DNA from: Psammoneis japonica
Lineage: Eukaryota
Assembly: GCA_008632985.1 (NCBI GenBank)
Contig: QPGO01000116.1
Span: 1 to 64,000, forward strand
Length of the DNA stretch: 64,000 nt
Direction of reading: 5' to 3'
Made by a program: the position numbers and the translations under genes. The notes under the pieces were generated by a model, which saw nothing but the letters and a program-made list of their open reading frames with translations, was not told the DNA's origin and made no database searches. This document shows, in pieces, positions 1-11,209 of this stretch (positions within the stretch are counted from its first letter, which is position 1; each line of letters begins with the position of its first letter).

Positions 1-3000
1 ATTCGTTGCCCCATTCCTCCAAGGCGATCATCCTTGAGCATTCTCGTCCACCTCCCCGCAACCCGCGAGCCAGCAACTGCCATGAGTCCATTGCGGCCAA
101 CCTTCACGACCAACGCCTTGGGAGTGACGGTGATGTCAACTTGTCCAACACGACTCCTGCTGACTCTGGTGACCCCGCTCCAAATGTGGTGCCACTTCGG
201 ACAATCCCATCCTGGCGCACCTCACCAAGCGCAAGCCACTGCCACCCGGTGATCTGCAACGTCTGTTGTCTCCTAACCAAGCCCCCAACGCTAGTCGACC
301 GGGGCCATCCGCCGCTCCCTCTACCCCGCCAGCTCCTGCCGATGACATGGAACTTAACGGCCACACTGCCGCCGCGTTGATGACCACAATGTCATTTGCT
401 CTGCCTCTGCTCATCGCTCCACACGCACTGGTGCTCAGTCGATCGTGGGGCCAACGGCGGCATTGCTGGGACGACGTTCGCGTCATTGCACGCACCTCTC
501 GCCAAGTCGACGTTCAGGGCATTGACGACCATCAATTGGTGGACATCCCCATTGTCACCGCTGGTGCCGTCATTGAGACCCAGCGTGGTCCCGTCATCGC
601 CATCCTCCATCAGNNNNNNNNNNNNNNNNNNNNNNNNNNNNNNNNNNNNNNNNNNNNNNCAAACAGGATGTCAACGATCGCTCTGTCAAGGTGCCCAACG
701 GCTTGCAATGTGTTGCCACTCCTGATTTCCATGTCATCCCCATTGACATCAAGGGCGGCCTGCCTTGTGTTGCCATGCGACCTTGCACTGACGCCGAATG
801 GGACACCCTGCCCCGTGTCATCCTCACCGGTGATGACACATGGGATCCTTCCGTCCTCGATCACTCTGCCACTGACGACGACCAGTGGTGCGACGTGATC
901 TCTGACCTGCAGGACGATCCCACTGCCAACCCATTTGATGAATGCGGCAACTGCCGTCATCGTGTCGTTGTCAACGAGACCATCATGTCCGCTTCCTTGT
1001 CTGCCGATCACGCGTCTGCCCTCGATGATCACCTCATTCCAAACAACGACGTGTTCTGTGAGTGTCATCCACATGCGATTGACCCCAAGGACGATGACGT
1101 TCCGCCCCCGGAGCGCACTGTGCAGCCCAAGGACCCCCCCTTCGAGTCTCTTCGGCCTTGCTTTGGCTTCCTGCCCACCGATGCGGTCCATCGTACTTTT
1201 GACTGCACCACGCAGTGCGTCTGCATGCCCGCCGGTGCACACCTTAGGAAGGCCTGCAAATCACCCAACCCCGCCCTCAATGTGCACCGCCGCAACGAGC
1301 CTGTCACCACTGACACCGTTTGTGCCAACACCCCGGCCGTCGACTCTGGTTGCACCAGCGCCCAACTGTTTGTTGGCACCGAGTCTGCCGTCACTGACGT
1401 CTGCGGCACCAAGACGGACAAAGAGTTTGTCAACACACTCGAGGATCAATCCATGAGCGTGGTGCCATCCAAACTCCATTGGCAACCGTGCTCAAGTTGA
1501 ATCAGCAACAAGGTGCTCGGGATTCTACGAGCCCTCTTCATCTCCAGCTGGCAAGTGAGCCTCACCAGCAACACCAAAACTTTGCCGAGCATTGACACCA
1601 GACCGTGAAGCGCATGGCAAACACTGTCATGGATTGTTTCGGTTCGCCTGCCCACACATGGCTGCTGGTGCTCATGTGCGTGTGCTTCACACTCAACACA
1701 CAGTGTCCCCACGTCTCCACTGGCGCACGCCCCTCGAGACTCTCACTGGCTCCACCCCGGACATCAGTCCATTGCCACGCTTTCACTGGTGGGAACCCAT
1801 GTGCTTCCACCTCAATGACTCCGATTGGCCATCCAAATCCCGTGAGTTGCGTGGACGCTTTGTTGGCATTGCTGAGCACGTCGGCCACCAGATGACCTTC
1901 AAGATTCTCTCTGACGAGACTCAGAAGATCCTCTGCCGGTCCAACGTACGATCCGCTGCCACCGATCCTGCCGTTCGAAACCTGCGTCTTGATCCTCCTG
2001 ATGGGGAGCCACCTGAACCCATCATCAAATCTCGCCATGACGACAACCCGTCGATTCACCGATGGGGAGATCAGGACACCAAGATGCCAGTTTTCGATCC
2101 GCAAGACATCATTGGACGCACCTTCCTCATGCAGCCACAAGAGGACGGACAACGCCACAGAGCTCGCATTGTCAAGGCCATCGAAGACCACGAATGGAAA
2201 GTGAACGGCAATCCTGAGCTCACTGAGTTCATCTGCTCTGTCAACAACGATGAATGCGAGGAAGTCCTTGCCTGCAACGACATCATGAATCACATTGAGC
2301 AAGAAGACGAAGACACTGCTGTTTGGAAATTTCGACGCATCGTGTCACACGAAGGACCTCTGAAGCCTCATGACCCAACCTGGAATGGCTCAAGCTACAA
2401 CATTGTGCTTGAATGGGAAAGTGGGGAGATCACGTCCGAGCCTCTTGCCATCATCGCCAAGGACGACCCCGTCACCTGCGCCATCTATGCACGAGAGAAC
2501 GGACTTCTCGACACTGATGGCTGGAAGCGGTTCCGCACCATCGCGAGGCGCCAGAAGAAGCCATTTTGCATGGCCAACCAAGCCAAGCTTCGCTCCTTCC
2601 GCACTGCACCTCGCCACAAGTGCGGATGCGAAGTTCCCCGGGACTGCAAACACGCCATGTCACCAGACGAACGCAACGGCAACCGCAAATGGGGAGACGC
2701 AACTAATCTCGAGATGGACCAACTCGGGGAGTGCGAAGTCTTCCATGACTGCGGGCCCTTCGAGTCTTCCACTCCTCCTGCGGGACACAAGAAGATCCGA
2801 GTGCACCCAGTGTGTGACGTGAAACACGACAGTCGCCACAAGGCACGACTCGCAGCCGATGGGCACCTCACGGACGTGCCCAATGACAGTGTCTGCTCCG
2901 GAGTGGTCTCCCTCCGTGGCCTTCGGCTGATGATTTTCCTGGCCAAACTCAACGAGTTGGAGACATGGGCCACCGACATTGGCAATGCCCACCTTGAAGC

Positions 3001-4396
3001 CACCACCAAGGAGAAGCTCTACATTGTAGCCGGACCCGAATTTGGCAATCTCGAAGGACACATCCTTGTCATCCACAAGGCCCTGCATGGACTGCACAGC
3101 TCCGGTCTCCGCTGGCACGAGCGCTTCGCCGACTGCCTGCGAGCTGAAGGCTTCTTCCCCTGCCGTGCCGAACCCCACATTTGGATGCGCAGGAACGGCG
3201 ACCACTGTGAATGCATTGCCGTTTATGTGGATGACCTCGCCATTGCTGTGAAGGACCCTCAATCTTTCGTTGATGCTCTCACGGAAAAGCACAAGTTCAA
3301 GCTCAAGGGTGCGGGACCCATTGAGTTCCATCTGGGTTGCGACTTTTCCCGGGATCCCGACGGCACCTTGTGCCTGTCTCCGTGCAAGTGCATCGAGCGC
3401 ATGGTCGACAGCCACACCCGACTGTTTGGGGAGAAACCTGCCACCAACGCCCTGTCACCGCTGGAGAAGGGTGACCACCCCGAGCTGGACACTTCCGAAC
3501 TGCTGGGGCCCGATGGCATTCACAAGTTCCAGTCTCTTGTTGGTTCACTCCAATGGGCAGTGTCCCTTGGTCGAGTTGACATTGCCACAGCCGTCATGTC
3601 ACTCTCTGGCTTCCGAGCTGCGCCCCATCAAGGCCACTTGGATCGTGCCAAACGCGTCTGTGGGTGCCTCTCCAAGATGCGACACGGCGCTCTCCGCATT
3701 CGCACGGAAGAGCCCGACTGTTCGGATCTCCCTGCTCCGGCCTGTGAATGGATGCATTCCGTGTGCGGCGAAGCAGAAGAGATGATCCCGAAGGACGCTC
3801 CACCGCCCCTTGGCAAGTTCGTCACTGCCACCCACTACGTCGATGCAAACTTGTGCCATTGCATGCTCACCGGACGCTCTGCCATGGGAATGCTCCACTT
3901 CCTCAACAAATTCCCGGCTGATTGGTCCTCTAAGAAGCAAGCCACCGTGGAGACTGCGACCTGCGGGTCTGAATTTGTTGCCGCAAGGACTTGTGTCAAG
4001 CAGATTGTCGACCTGCGCATCACCCTGTGCTGCCTTGGCGTCCCGATCCACAATGTCAGTTGCATGTTCGGTGACAACAAGTCGGTTGTAGACAGTGCCA
4101 CCATCCCGCACTCCAAGTTACACAAGCGACACACCGCACTGTCGTTCCACCGTGTGCGTGAGGCAATTGCCTCTGGTTGCCTTGAGTTCCACTTCATCGA
4201 AGGCTCCCGCAACCCTGCTGACATTCTCAGCAAGCATTGGGGTTGCTCCCAAATCTGGGACCTTCTCCGCCCCCTCATGTTCTGGAACTTCATTCCATCC
4301 GAAGTCGAATCTGTTTCTGTGGCTCCTCAAGCAAACTGGGGAGTGACAGGATTTGAACAGGATTTGGGTGCGCGCGAAGCATCGCGCGCTGTTTAG
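1..4396 (+). pseudogene. Frameshifted, hypermutated copia gag-pol (PR-IN-RT-RH)
   Basis: ORF pieces 266-898, 691-1500 and 1592-4396 lie in different frames. Many conserved Tyr are replaced by Cys/His. Confidence 0.9.
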
Positions 4397-4619
4397 TTTA
4401 CCGTGCACAGTTTTGTGTGCTTTAGTTCCGCGCGTTCACGCGCGATGTAGTTTGCTTTCGAGCCACAAGGCTCACAAGAACAATGACAGTAGCCCGATTG
4501 TGCCAACTCACACGTCTTTCGGCTCCTGCAACGGTCTCTGAGCGGAGACTCATCTGCCATTTAGACAGCAGTGAGGAGTTGTTGTTTGAATTCTTGCCAT
4601 TTGCCTTCAATTTCTGTCA
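4344..4619 (+). repeat. 3' LTR, family A (276 bp)
   Basis: TG...CA termini with 6-bp inverted repeat. Near-identical to 6352-6627 and to the reverse complements of 26470-26745 and 33115-33389. Confidence 0.95.
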
Positions 4620-4938
4620 GGCCCAGTGCAGGATTGCAGCCCTTGCACAGGCCCGCACTTCGAGACCAGTTGGGACACTCCACCCATGGCTTCCAAAGCT
4701 GCAGTCTTTGCACCCCGCAAACCACGTGCTGCCAACCTCCACGTGTTGACCACTGTCACCCTTCACAGTCTTCGTTTGGGAAGTGATGGAGATGACAACT
4801 TGCTTCTCACATCTCCTGATGGGGGAGCCTCCTTTTCCCGTCATTGAATCTGTTCACAACAGTTCAACCGGTTCATCAGATCAGGAGTTCAGGACATCCA
4901 AGCAGCTTCGTTGTCTTCGGATCCTCCAAGCATCGCAC

Positions 4939-5808
4939 CATGAGACCAGGCCTCCTGACCAGATGCTCCAAGTCTCGTACCTCGAGACCAGGACTCCTGA
5001 TTGGATGCCTCAAGTCTCGTGCCTCGAGACCAGGCCTCCTGATTGGATGCCTCAAGTCTCGTGCCTTGAGACCAGGCCTCCTGACTGGATGCTCCAAGTC
5101 TCGTACCTCGAGACCAGGCCTCCTGATTGGATGCTCCAAGTCTTGCACCTCGAGACCAGGCCTCCTGATTGGATGCCTCAAGTCTCGTGCCTCGAGACTG
5201 GGCCTCCTGGTTGGATCCCCCAAGTCTCGCACCTCGAGACTGGGCCTCCTGATTGGATGCCCCAAGTCTCGCACCTCGAGACCAGGTCTCCTGATTGGAT
5301 GTCCCAAGTCTCGCACCTCGAGACTGGGCCTCCTGATTGGATGCCTCAAGTCTCGTGCCTCGAGACTGGGCCTCCTGATTGGATGCCCCAAGTGTCGTAC
5401 ATCGAGACTGGGCCTCCTGATCGGATGCCCCAAGTCTCGTGCCTTGAGACCAGGCCTCCCAACTGGACTCTCCACGTCTCGTGCCTCAAGACCGGGCCTC
5501 CCAATTGGATCCTCCACGTCTCATACCTCAAGACTCGGCCTCCGGATTGGATCCCTCAAGTCTTGCGCCACGAGACTCGGCCTCCTGATTGGATCCCCCA
5601 AGTCTCGCACCTCAAGACTTGGCCTCCTGATTGGATCCCCGAAGACTCGTGTCACAAGACTGGCAAGTCCTTTTGGATCCCAGAAGTCTTGCAGCACGGG
5701 ACTGGTTGCCCCAATCAGACATCTGCAGCCTTGCACCACAAGATGTCTTGCTCCAATCCGATCCCCGAAGGCTTGCACCTTGAGACTCGTTTCTCCAATT
5801 GGATCAGT
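4939..5808 (+). repeat. 42-bp tandem repeat, about 20 units (consensus peptide LETRPPDWMPQVS[Y/C/H])
   Basis: CTCGAGAC at 4981 and 5023 gives a 42-bp period. Units degenerate towards the 3' end. Confidence 0.95.
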
Positions 5809-6351
5809 CTCTCAGGAGATGCAGCTGAGCTTGCAATCGGATTGGTGGAACACAAGACCACCGCTTGTGCCTTTGAACTCATGCTTGCTCTGTTCCCCGA
5901 GTCGTGCAAACGCCATGCCACCCTGCACGAGCACTGCTCTGTTTTTCTAGCAGCAGCCCAGTGTGGCAACCGTCCCAAGAACCAACAGACGGCCATCAGT
6001 CTTTATGACCTTTGCTCAGGAAGTGAAGGCGATGTCAACTTGTTTGCATTGTCCTGCAATGTTGCCCCGCCGTTCAACATTGTCAACCAGACCAAGCTTT
6101 GCTCCTTCCATTGCAAGTGCGGATGTGGAATCCCACAAGATCCCAAGTGTGCCTTGAGCTTTGAAAAGCACAACGGCATCTGCAATTGGGGAGACGCAGC
6201 TCATCTCAAGATGACCCACTTGGAGAATGCAACGTTGCTCTCGGATCTTGATCCTTTCTTGTCTCCTCATGTTTTGGTGCTTTGACTCCAAAGTTCTTTG
6301 TTCAATCCAAAGTCGAATCTGTTTCTGTGACTCCTCAAGCAAACTGGGGAG

Positions 6352-6627
6352 TGACAGGATTTGAACAGGATTGAGGTGCGCGCGAAATGTCGCGCACTGT
6401 TTAGTTTGCCACGCACAGTTTTGTGTGCTTTAGTTCCGCGCGTTCGCGCGCGATGCAGTTTGCTTTCGAGCCACAAGGCTCACAAGAACAATGACAGTAG
6501 CCCGATTGTGCCGACTCACACATCTTTCAGCTCCTGTGACGGTCTCTGAGCAGAGACTCATCTGCTGTTTAGACAGCAGCAAGGAGTTGTTGTTTGAATT
6601 CTTGCCATTTGCCTTCAATTTCTGTCA
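6352..6627 (+). repeat. LTR, family A (276 bp)
   Basis: Preceded by PPT AACTGGGGAG. Termini TGACAG...CTGTCA. Confidence 0.95.
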
Positions 6628-7149
6628 AGGTGGCTCACCATGAGATGCTGCAGAAGAGCAGCCTTTGCAAAAAAATCCCACCAGATGGACAAGGCAATGT
6701 TGGCACAGAAGAGAGCTGCATGAGCAGAGGCCAAGGAAGAACATCTGGCCACCGCCTGTGTTCATTCTTGGAGCAGCAGTCTGAAGGTGATGTGGGGTGT
6801 GATCAAAACCCCAACAAGTTTCCACCCAACAGGGGATGACAGATGCCCAAGGACCGTGGTGCAAGCATGTGGCATGCTGTCAAACTGGCGCAGCTGATCC
6901 AACATGCAGCACACCACATCAACAGGCAATGACTGTGCAGCATCGCCAATGTCAACAGAGCCTCTTCCAAAGGTGGGGGGGGCTGATCTGCAGACCTCAT
7001 CACATGCTGTCTTGCAACAACAACACTCCATTGCAAACTTTGTGGAAGTGGCAGAAAGTGGGGAACTTGATGATGCCAATGACCTTGGTTTCCAGTTTTG
7101 CACAGTGACCAAGGAAGACAATGAAAGGGGATCAGCTGACTTTCAGCTG

Positions 7150-8130
7150 ACTTTCAGCTGACACACCAGGCACAAGCAGTCAGATGATGGTGGCATGCAC
7201 CAAAGCTGGACATTGACCAGCAACCAGCCCATGTGCAACACATTTGTGAGTGCAGGCATGCTCCAGAACATCCAGCCAAGGCAAAAGAGAAATGTCAGGT
7301 CACTTGCAACAACCATGAATTCAACACATTCATCATCCACAAGAACAGCAGCAGCACCCAGAAATTCAAAGAGCCCACATCAGGATCACATTTCTGTGAC
7401 ACCACATCACCAGAGCATCAAGCACAAGCAGCCATCACACTGGTCAATGGTGGTCAACACGGTTGCAGGAAACAAGGCCACACGCTTGGCTTGCCATGAT
7501 GTCAAGCAGGCCCAACCAGCAAGAACAATCCAGAATGAAGACCATGACACCAAATTGCAGGGGCAATCACCCTCTGACCAACCAGGAACACCCAAGGCAG
7601 ACACTTCTTTGTCAGCCTTGAGCCAGGATGCCACATCAACTTCTGGAGCTGTGGAAGCCATGAATCCAGGCACTCCTGAGAGGTGTGGGGGATGACATTG
7701 CTGCTGCTTGTTTCAGCAACGCCAATTGTGCTGACAGTTGTCATGTGATGCAAAGGCCCTGAACTGGGATGATCATTTTTGTGCCCCTCGCCCCAATCTT
7801 TTTGCACTTGGCATGGCAGAACACTGTTGCATTTTCAACCTTTGAGTTGGAGGTTGTTGTGATGAAGACAATCAATGCATTTTGCTGCACACTGTGGATG
7901 GACCCGCTGGTCTCTTCTGAGACAATGAAGCCACATTTGAGAACCCCAAGTCAAACAGAACCTGCACTTGAAAAAAAGTGCAACACAGCTGCACATGTCA
8001 ATGAGCTCATGCAATGCAGGTGGCTGGAACATCACAGGTTGCATGGGGAGGAGGACACAGAAATTCAGCCAATGTTCTCACCAAGTTGGTGCCTGGGCTG
8101 ACTCATCAGTTGCATCTTAAACATGACTGG
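7150..8130 (+). mobile_element. Highly degenerate relic of another copia family
   Basis: Fragments AKAKEKCQVTC...FIIHK...FKEPTSGSHFCD and VNTVAGNK...DVKQAQPARTIQ resemble diatom copia pre-integrase regions. NSANVLTKLVPG (~8065) resembles the RNase H C-terminus. Recognised by eye only. Confidence 0.5.
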
Positions 8131-9704
8131 CAGCATCATTTTCAGCAACCACAAACCCATTCTCTTGAAAGACAGAAAAGCAAAGGACAAATGCAATGGA
8201 CACACAGTTTCCATGGCTGCCTCTCATGGGTTGCTGTTTTTGCAGTGTTCATTTTGCTTCTCATCACTGCAGCCAGAGAAGAAAACAAGGGGCTGGCCAT
8301 TTGAGCAAACAGCAGATCAACAAACCCTGTCCATGCTCTTTGAGATGGGGACAAAGAACTCTGGGAATCTAGAAGCATGAGAGTGCAACATGCAGCAGAT
8401 GGGGTCATGACTTGGGGTGCATGCTCTCCAAGTTAGGATGAAGCAATTGTGGTTGGTGTTGCAACCGAAATGAAGTTGGCAGCCCAGCTGTGTTCCAGCA
8501 GCAAATGGACAGATCTTCTGCTCTTCTTGTCTCTCAACAACAATGCTGACCACAATTGGAAGAATGTCTTTGATGTCAAGCACAAGTCGCAAAGTGGAAA
8601 TGCCATGCCAGTGTGGAACAAAGGTGCAGAGTTCATGTGCTGCTTCTTCACATTGGATGGTGATGCACAAAGCAAATGTTCTCAGTTCAAACTTGATGGG
8701 AAAAAAGTGGCACCAATGATTGATGATTGTTTTTGGTGTCCAATCTAAACTCAAACAGAAGAGACTGGAGTGGCTTTTTGCAGCCTGTGAACAGAAAAAC
8801 AAGCCAAACTCTTCCAGAGTGGCGCGCCACACATTTTCCAGCTCTGAATGGAGTGGTGAATGTTCTGTTGCACCACCAAGAGAAATCTCAGTCAATGTGA
8901 AACAGCTTGCACTTTCTGGCAGGTGTGGGTGGATGTGTCAACAAATTGAGTTGCCCTGGGGTTCATGATGCCTGCAAAAAAAAAAACCATCACAGGCCCC
9001 ACTGTGCACTCCAACACCCCAGCCTTCTTTTGCACCAATTCAAGAACCCTTGGTGCATCAAACAGCTCTCCCAACTCATCCACCAACAAGACAAACCGCA
9101 GGGGAAACCCCACCCAATTCACCAACAACCTTGATGCCTGCCCAGGATCCAACTTTGACACCAACAAATTTCTCCAACAGCCCAAACACTTGATCCTGTG
9201 GCAAGAGCAACATTGAGCCCAACAAGTTTGCCAACCACACTGCAAACATTGAATCCTGTGTCACCTCCCATGCTGTCTGTGACTCAGGGACCAACACCCA
9301 TCCCTTCAAACTCAACCATGCCCATGCCAAATTCAAACCCCTGCTTCATTTTAAACACCTTGTCCAACACAAAAAGAGCCTCACCTGTCCCAGCAAGGCA
9401 TCTCACTCTGGCACCAGCTGGTGCACCAAAGAAGGCCCAAACACTGCCAGAAGTGAGCGACAATGACAAGAAAATTAAAGTGGCTTCAGAGCTGGGGGTC
9501 CTTGGGTGCTGGCAGGAACGCCAAAACAACAATGAGTGCAAATCTTCAATGTGTCAGAGTGGTGCTTGTGTGGCATGGTCTGCTTGCTTCCCAATCAAGC
9601 ACAAAACTGGCATGCACTCTTTGACAAAGACAGAGCCAACAATCAACACTGTGTTTGATGCCTCTGCTTTTTTTGACTCAAGCGGCCACCAAGCTTGTGC
9701 AGCA

Positions 9705-10138
9705 TGCATGCAGACAAAAGGTCATTTTTGTCATGCCCTTTGTGACATTTAAAGGCTGTGACACGTCGCCGTGACACATTAACTCTTGTCAGCAGCTGTG
9801 GGTTGCACTCCTCCCCATGCATCGCGCGTCCATGCGGCTCTTTACTAACGTGTGCTGCTGACACTGCACGGTTTTGGCGGAACAGTGTGGGTGCGTGCGA
9901 AGGAACACACAGAACTGCACAGAGTTTTGCGCGTTCGACAGTGATCAACGTTGCTGCAGACAACTCCCACTCAGGGTTTCGAACCCCTGGCCTCCTGCCT
10001 GATGGTTGCGATGCACCACTCCGCTGTGAATTCATGATGCAGTGTGCATGCAGACAAAAGGTTATTTTTGTCACGCCCTTTGTGACATTTAAAGGCTGCA
10101 ACACGTTGCCGTGATGCATTGGCTCTTGTTGGCAGCTG
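9705..10138. repeat. Pair of ~94-bp imperfect direct repeats (9705-9798 and 10045-10138)
   Basis: Both read TGCATGCAGACAAAAGGT.ATTTTTGTCA.GCCCTTTGTGACATTTAAAGGCTG...GCAGCTG. Confidence 0.85.
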
Positions 10139-11209
10139 CACATTGCACTTGGCACAATCAAGTTGACCAGACATGCAGCATGATGCAAAGCTGCACCATG
10201 TTCGCGGAGAAGATGGAGGTGCTCAATGTCTTTGTGGTGGATCTGTTTGAGTTGGACTTGTCATTTTGTGATTTTGGATGCCATGGAATTGATCGACTTT
10301 TGTGCTGTGACACAAAACGCACCCACGATTTAGGCTGCAAATGCTTCCCTGTTGGAACCTGTCTTCAAATCGTCCTGGTCATTCACAACTCAAGGCGGTG
10401 TGGTTGCGCAGGTCATGCCAATGAAAATGTTGCCACTGCAACAATGCATCCTGCCTCCTCTCTGGTGTTGGCACATGAGCTTTGTCATTCGCTCTTTGAA
10501 CCAGGCAATGAGTGCCATTGTGGGCGTGGCAATGACTCGGCCTCACGGGGAAGGCAAACAAGCCAAAAGGTTGTGACAGAGTGAAGTGCATCCCTGGTTG
10601 CACAAACAAGGCCTTTTTGGTAAAGGCGATCCAAGCGGACTGCCCAACCGCTAAAGTGTGAAAGCTGTTTCTATTTAAAATGATTTGAGGGTCTTGTCAC
10701 TGGCTTGTCAATTTTGTTTTGGCCAAAAGTTGTCATCCAGCATGTGTCGAATTGCACTGCTCTCCCAACACCCCGTAGAGTCTTTGGGACTGCCCTTGGG
10801 TCTAAAGTCAACGACGCTCGTGTGTTGGCCCCGCAAGATTGCCGAGGTAGACAAAAATCATGGTGGGCAATTCAAATCCCGCGTCTTGGAGGGAATCCTT
10901 GCCACGCACCACGGCGAGTTGAAAGCCACCGTTTGTCGCGGCAAATGAAATGATCCAAGCCAGAGCTTCTCCGTCTGACGACGCTTGGCAAAAGGAAGGA
11001 AAACACTAGTCTAGTTGGAGAAATTTGATAAATAGGAAAAAATACAGCCCGCATAACCGAAACGATTTCTCAAAACTGTTGCACGACGAAAGTGTTTGGA
11101 GCAGCAGAGCACGCGAAGAAGGCATCTTGCCGAGGGAAATGCGTTGTAGGATACAAGAAATTTGAAGAACACCTCACGAAATACTGCATGGATAGTTTCC
11201 AAACGTGGC

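Larger units (their letters stand above)
1..4619 (+). mobile_element. Ty1/copia LTR retrotransposon, family A (CoDi-like), 5' part outside window
   Basis: Domain order is protease (LVDRGANGG, ~430-470), integrase, RT (AVYVDD, ~3220) and RNase H (YVDANL, NPADILSK). PPT AACTGGGGAG at 4334-4343 is followed by a 276-bp LTR TGACAG...CTGTCA. Confidence 0.95.
4620..6627 (+). mobile_element. Internally deleted family-A-related copia derivative carrying a 42-bp minisatellite
   Basis: CTCCTGATGGGGGAGCC (~4813) resembles the post-integrase region of family A (~1995). 6085-6220 encodes NQTKLCSF...NGICNWGDAAHLKM, homologous to ANQAKLRSF...NGNRKWGDATNLEM. The pol 3' end, PPT and LTR follow. Confidence 0.75.

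Noticed and set aside
4300..4396. pol ORF running through the PPT into the 3' LTR
   Set aside because: Shared by both family-A copies, and ORF/LTR overlap is not rare in compact retroelements. There is no evidence of a special function.
4939..5808. Possible CRISPR array
   Set aside because: Contiguous tandem units without unique spacers, no cas genes, eukaryotic context.
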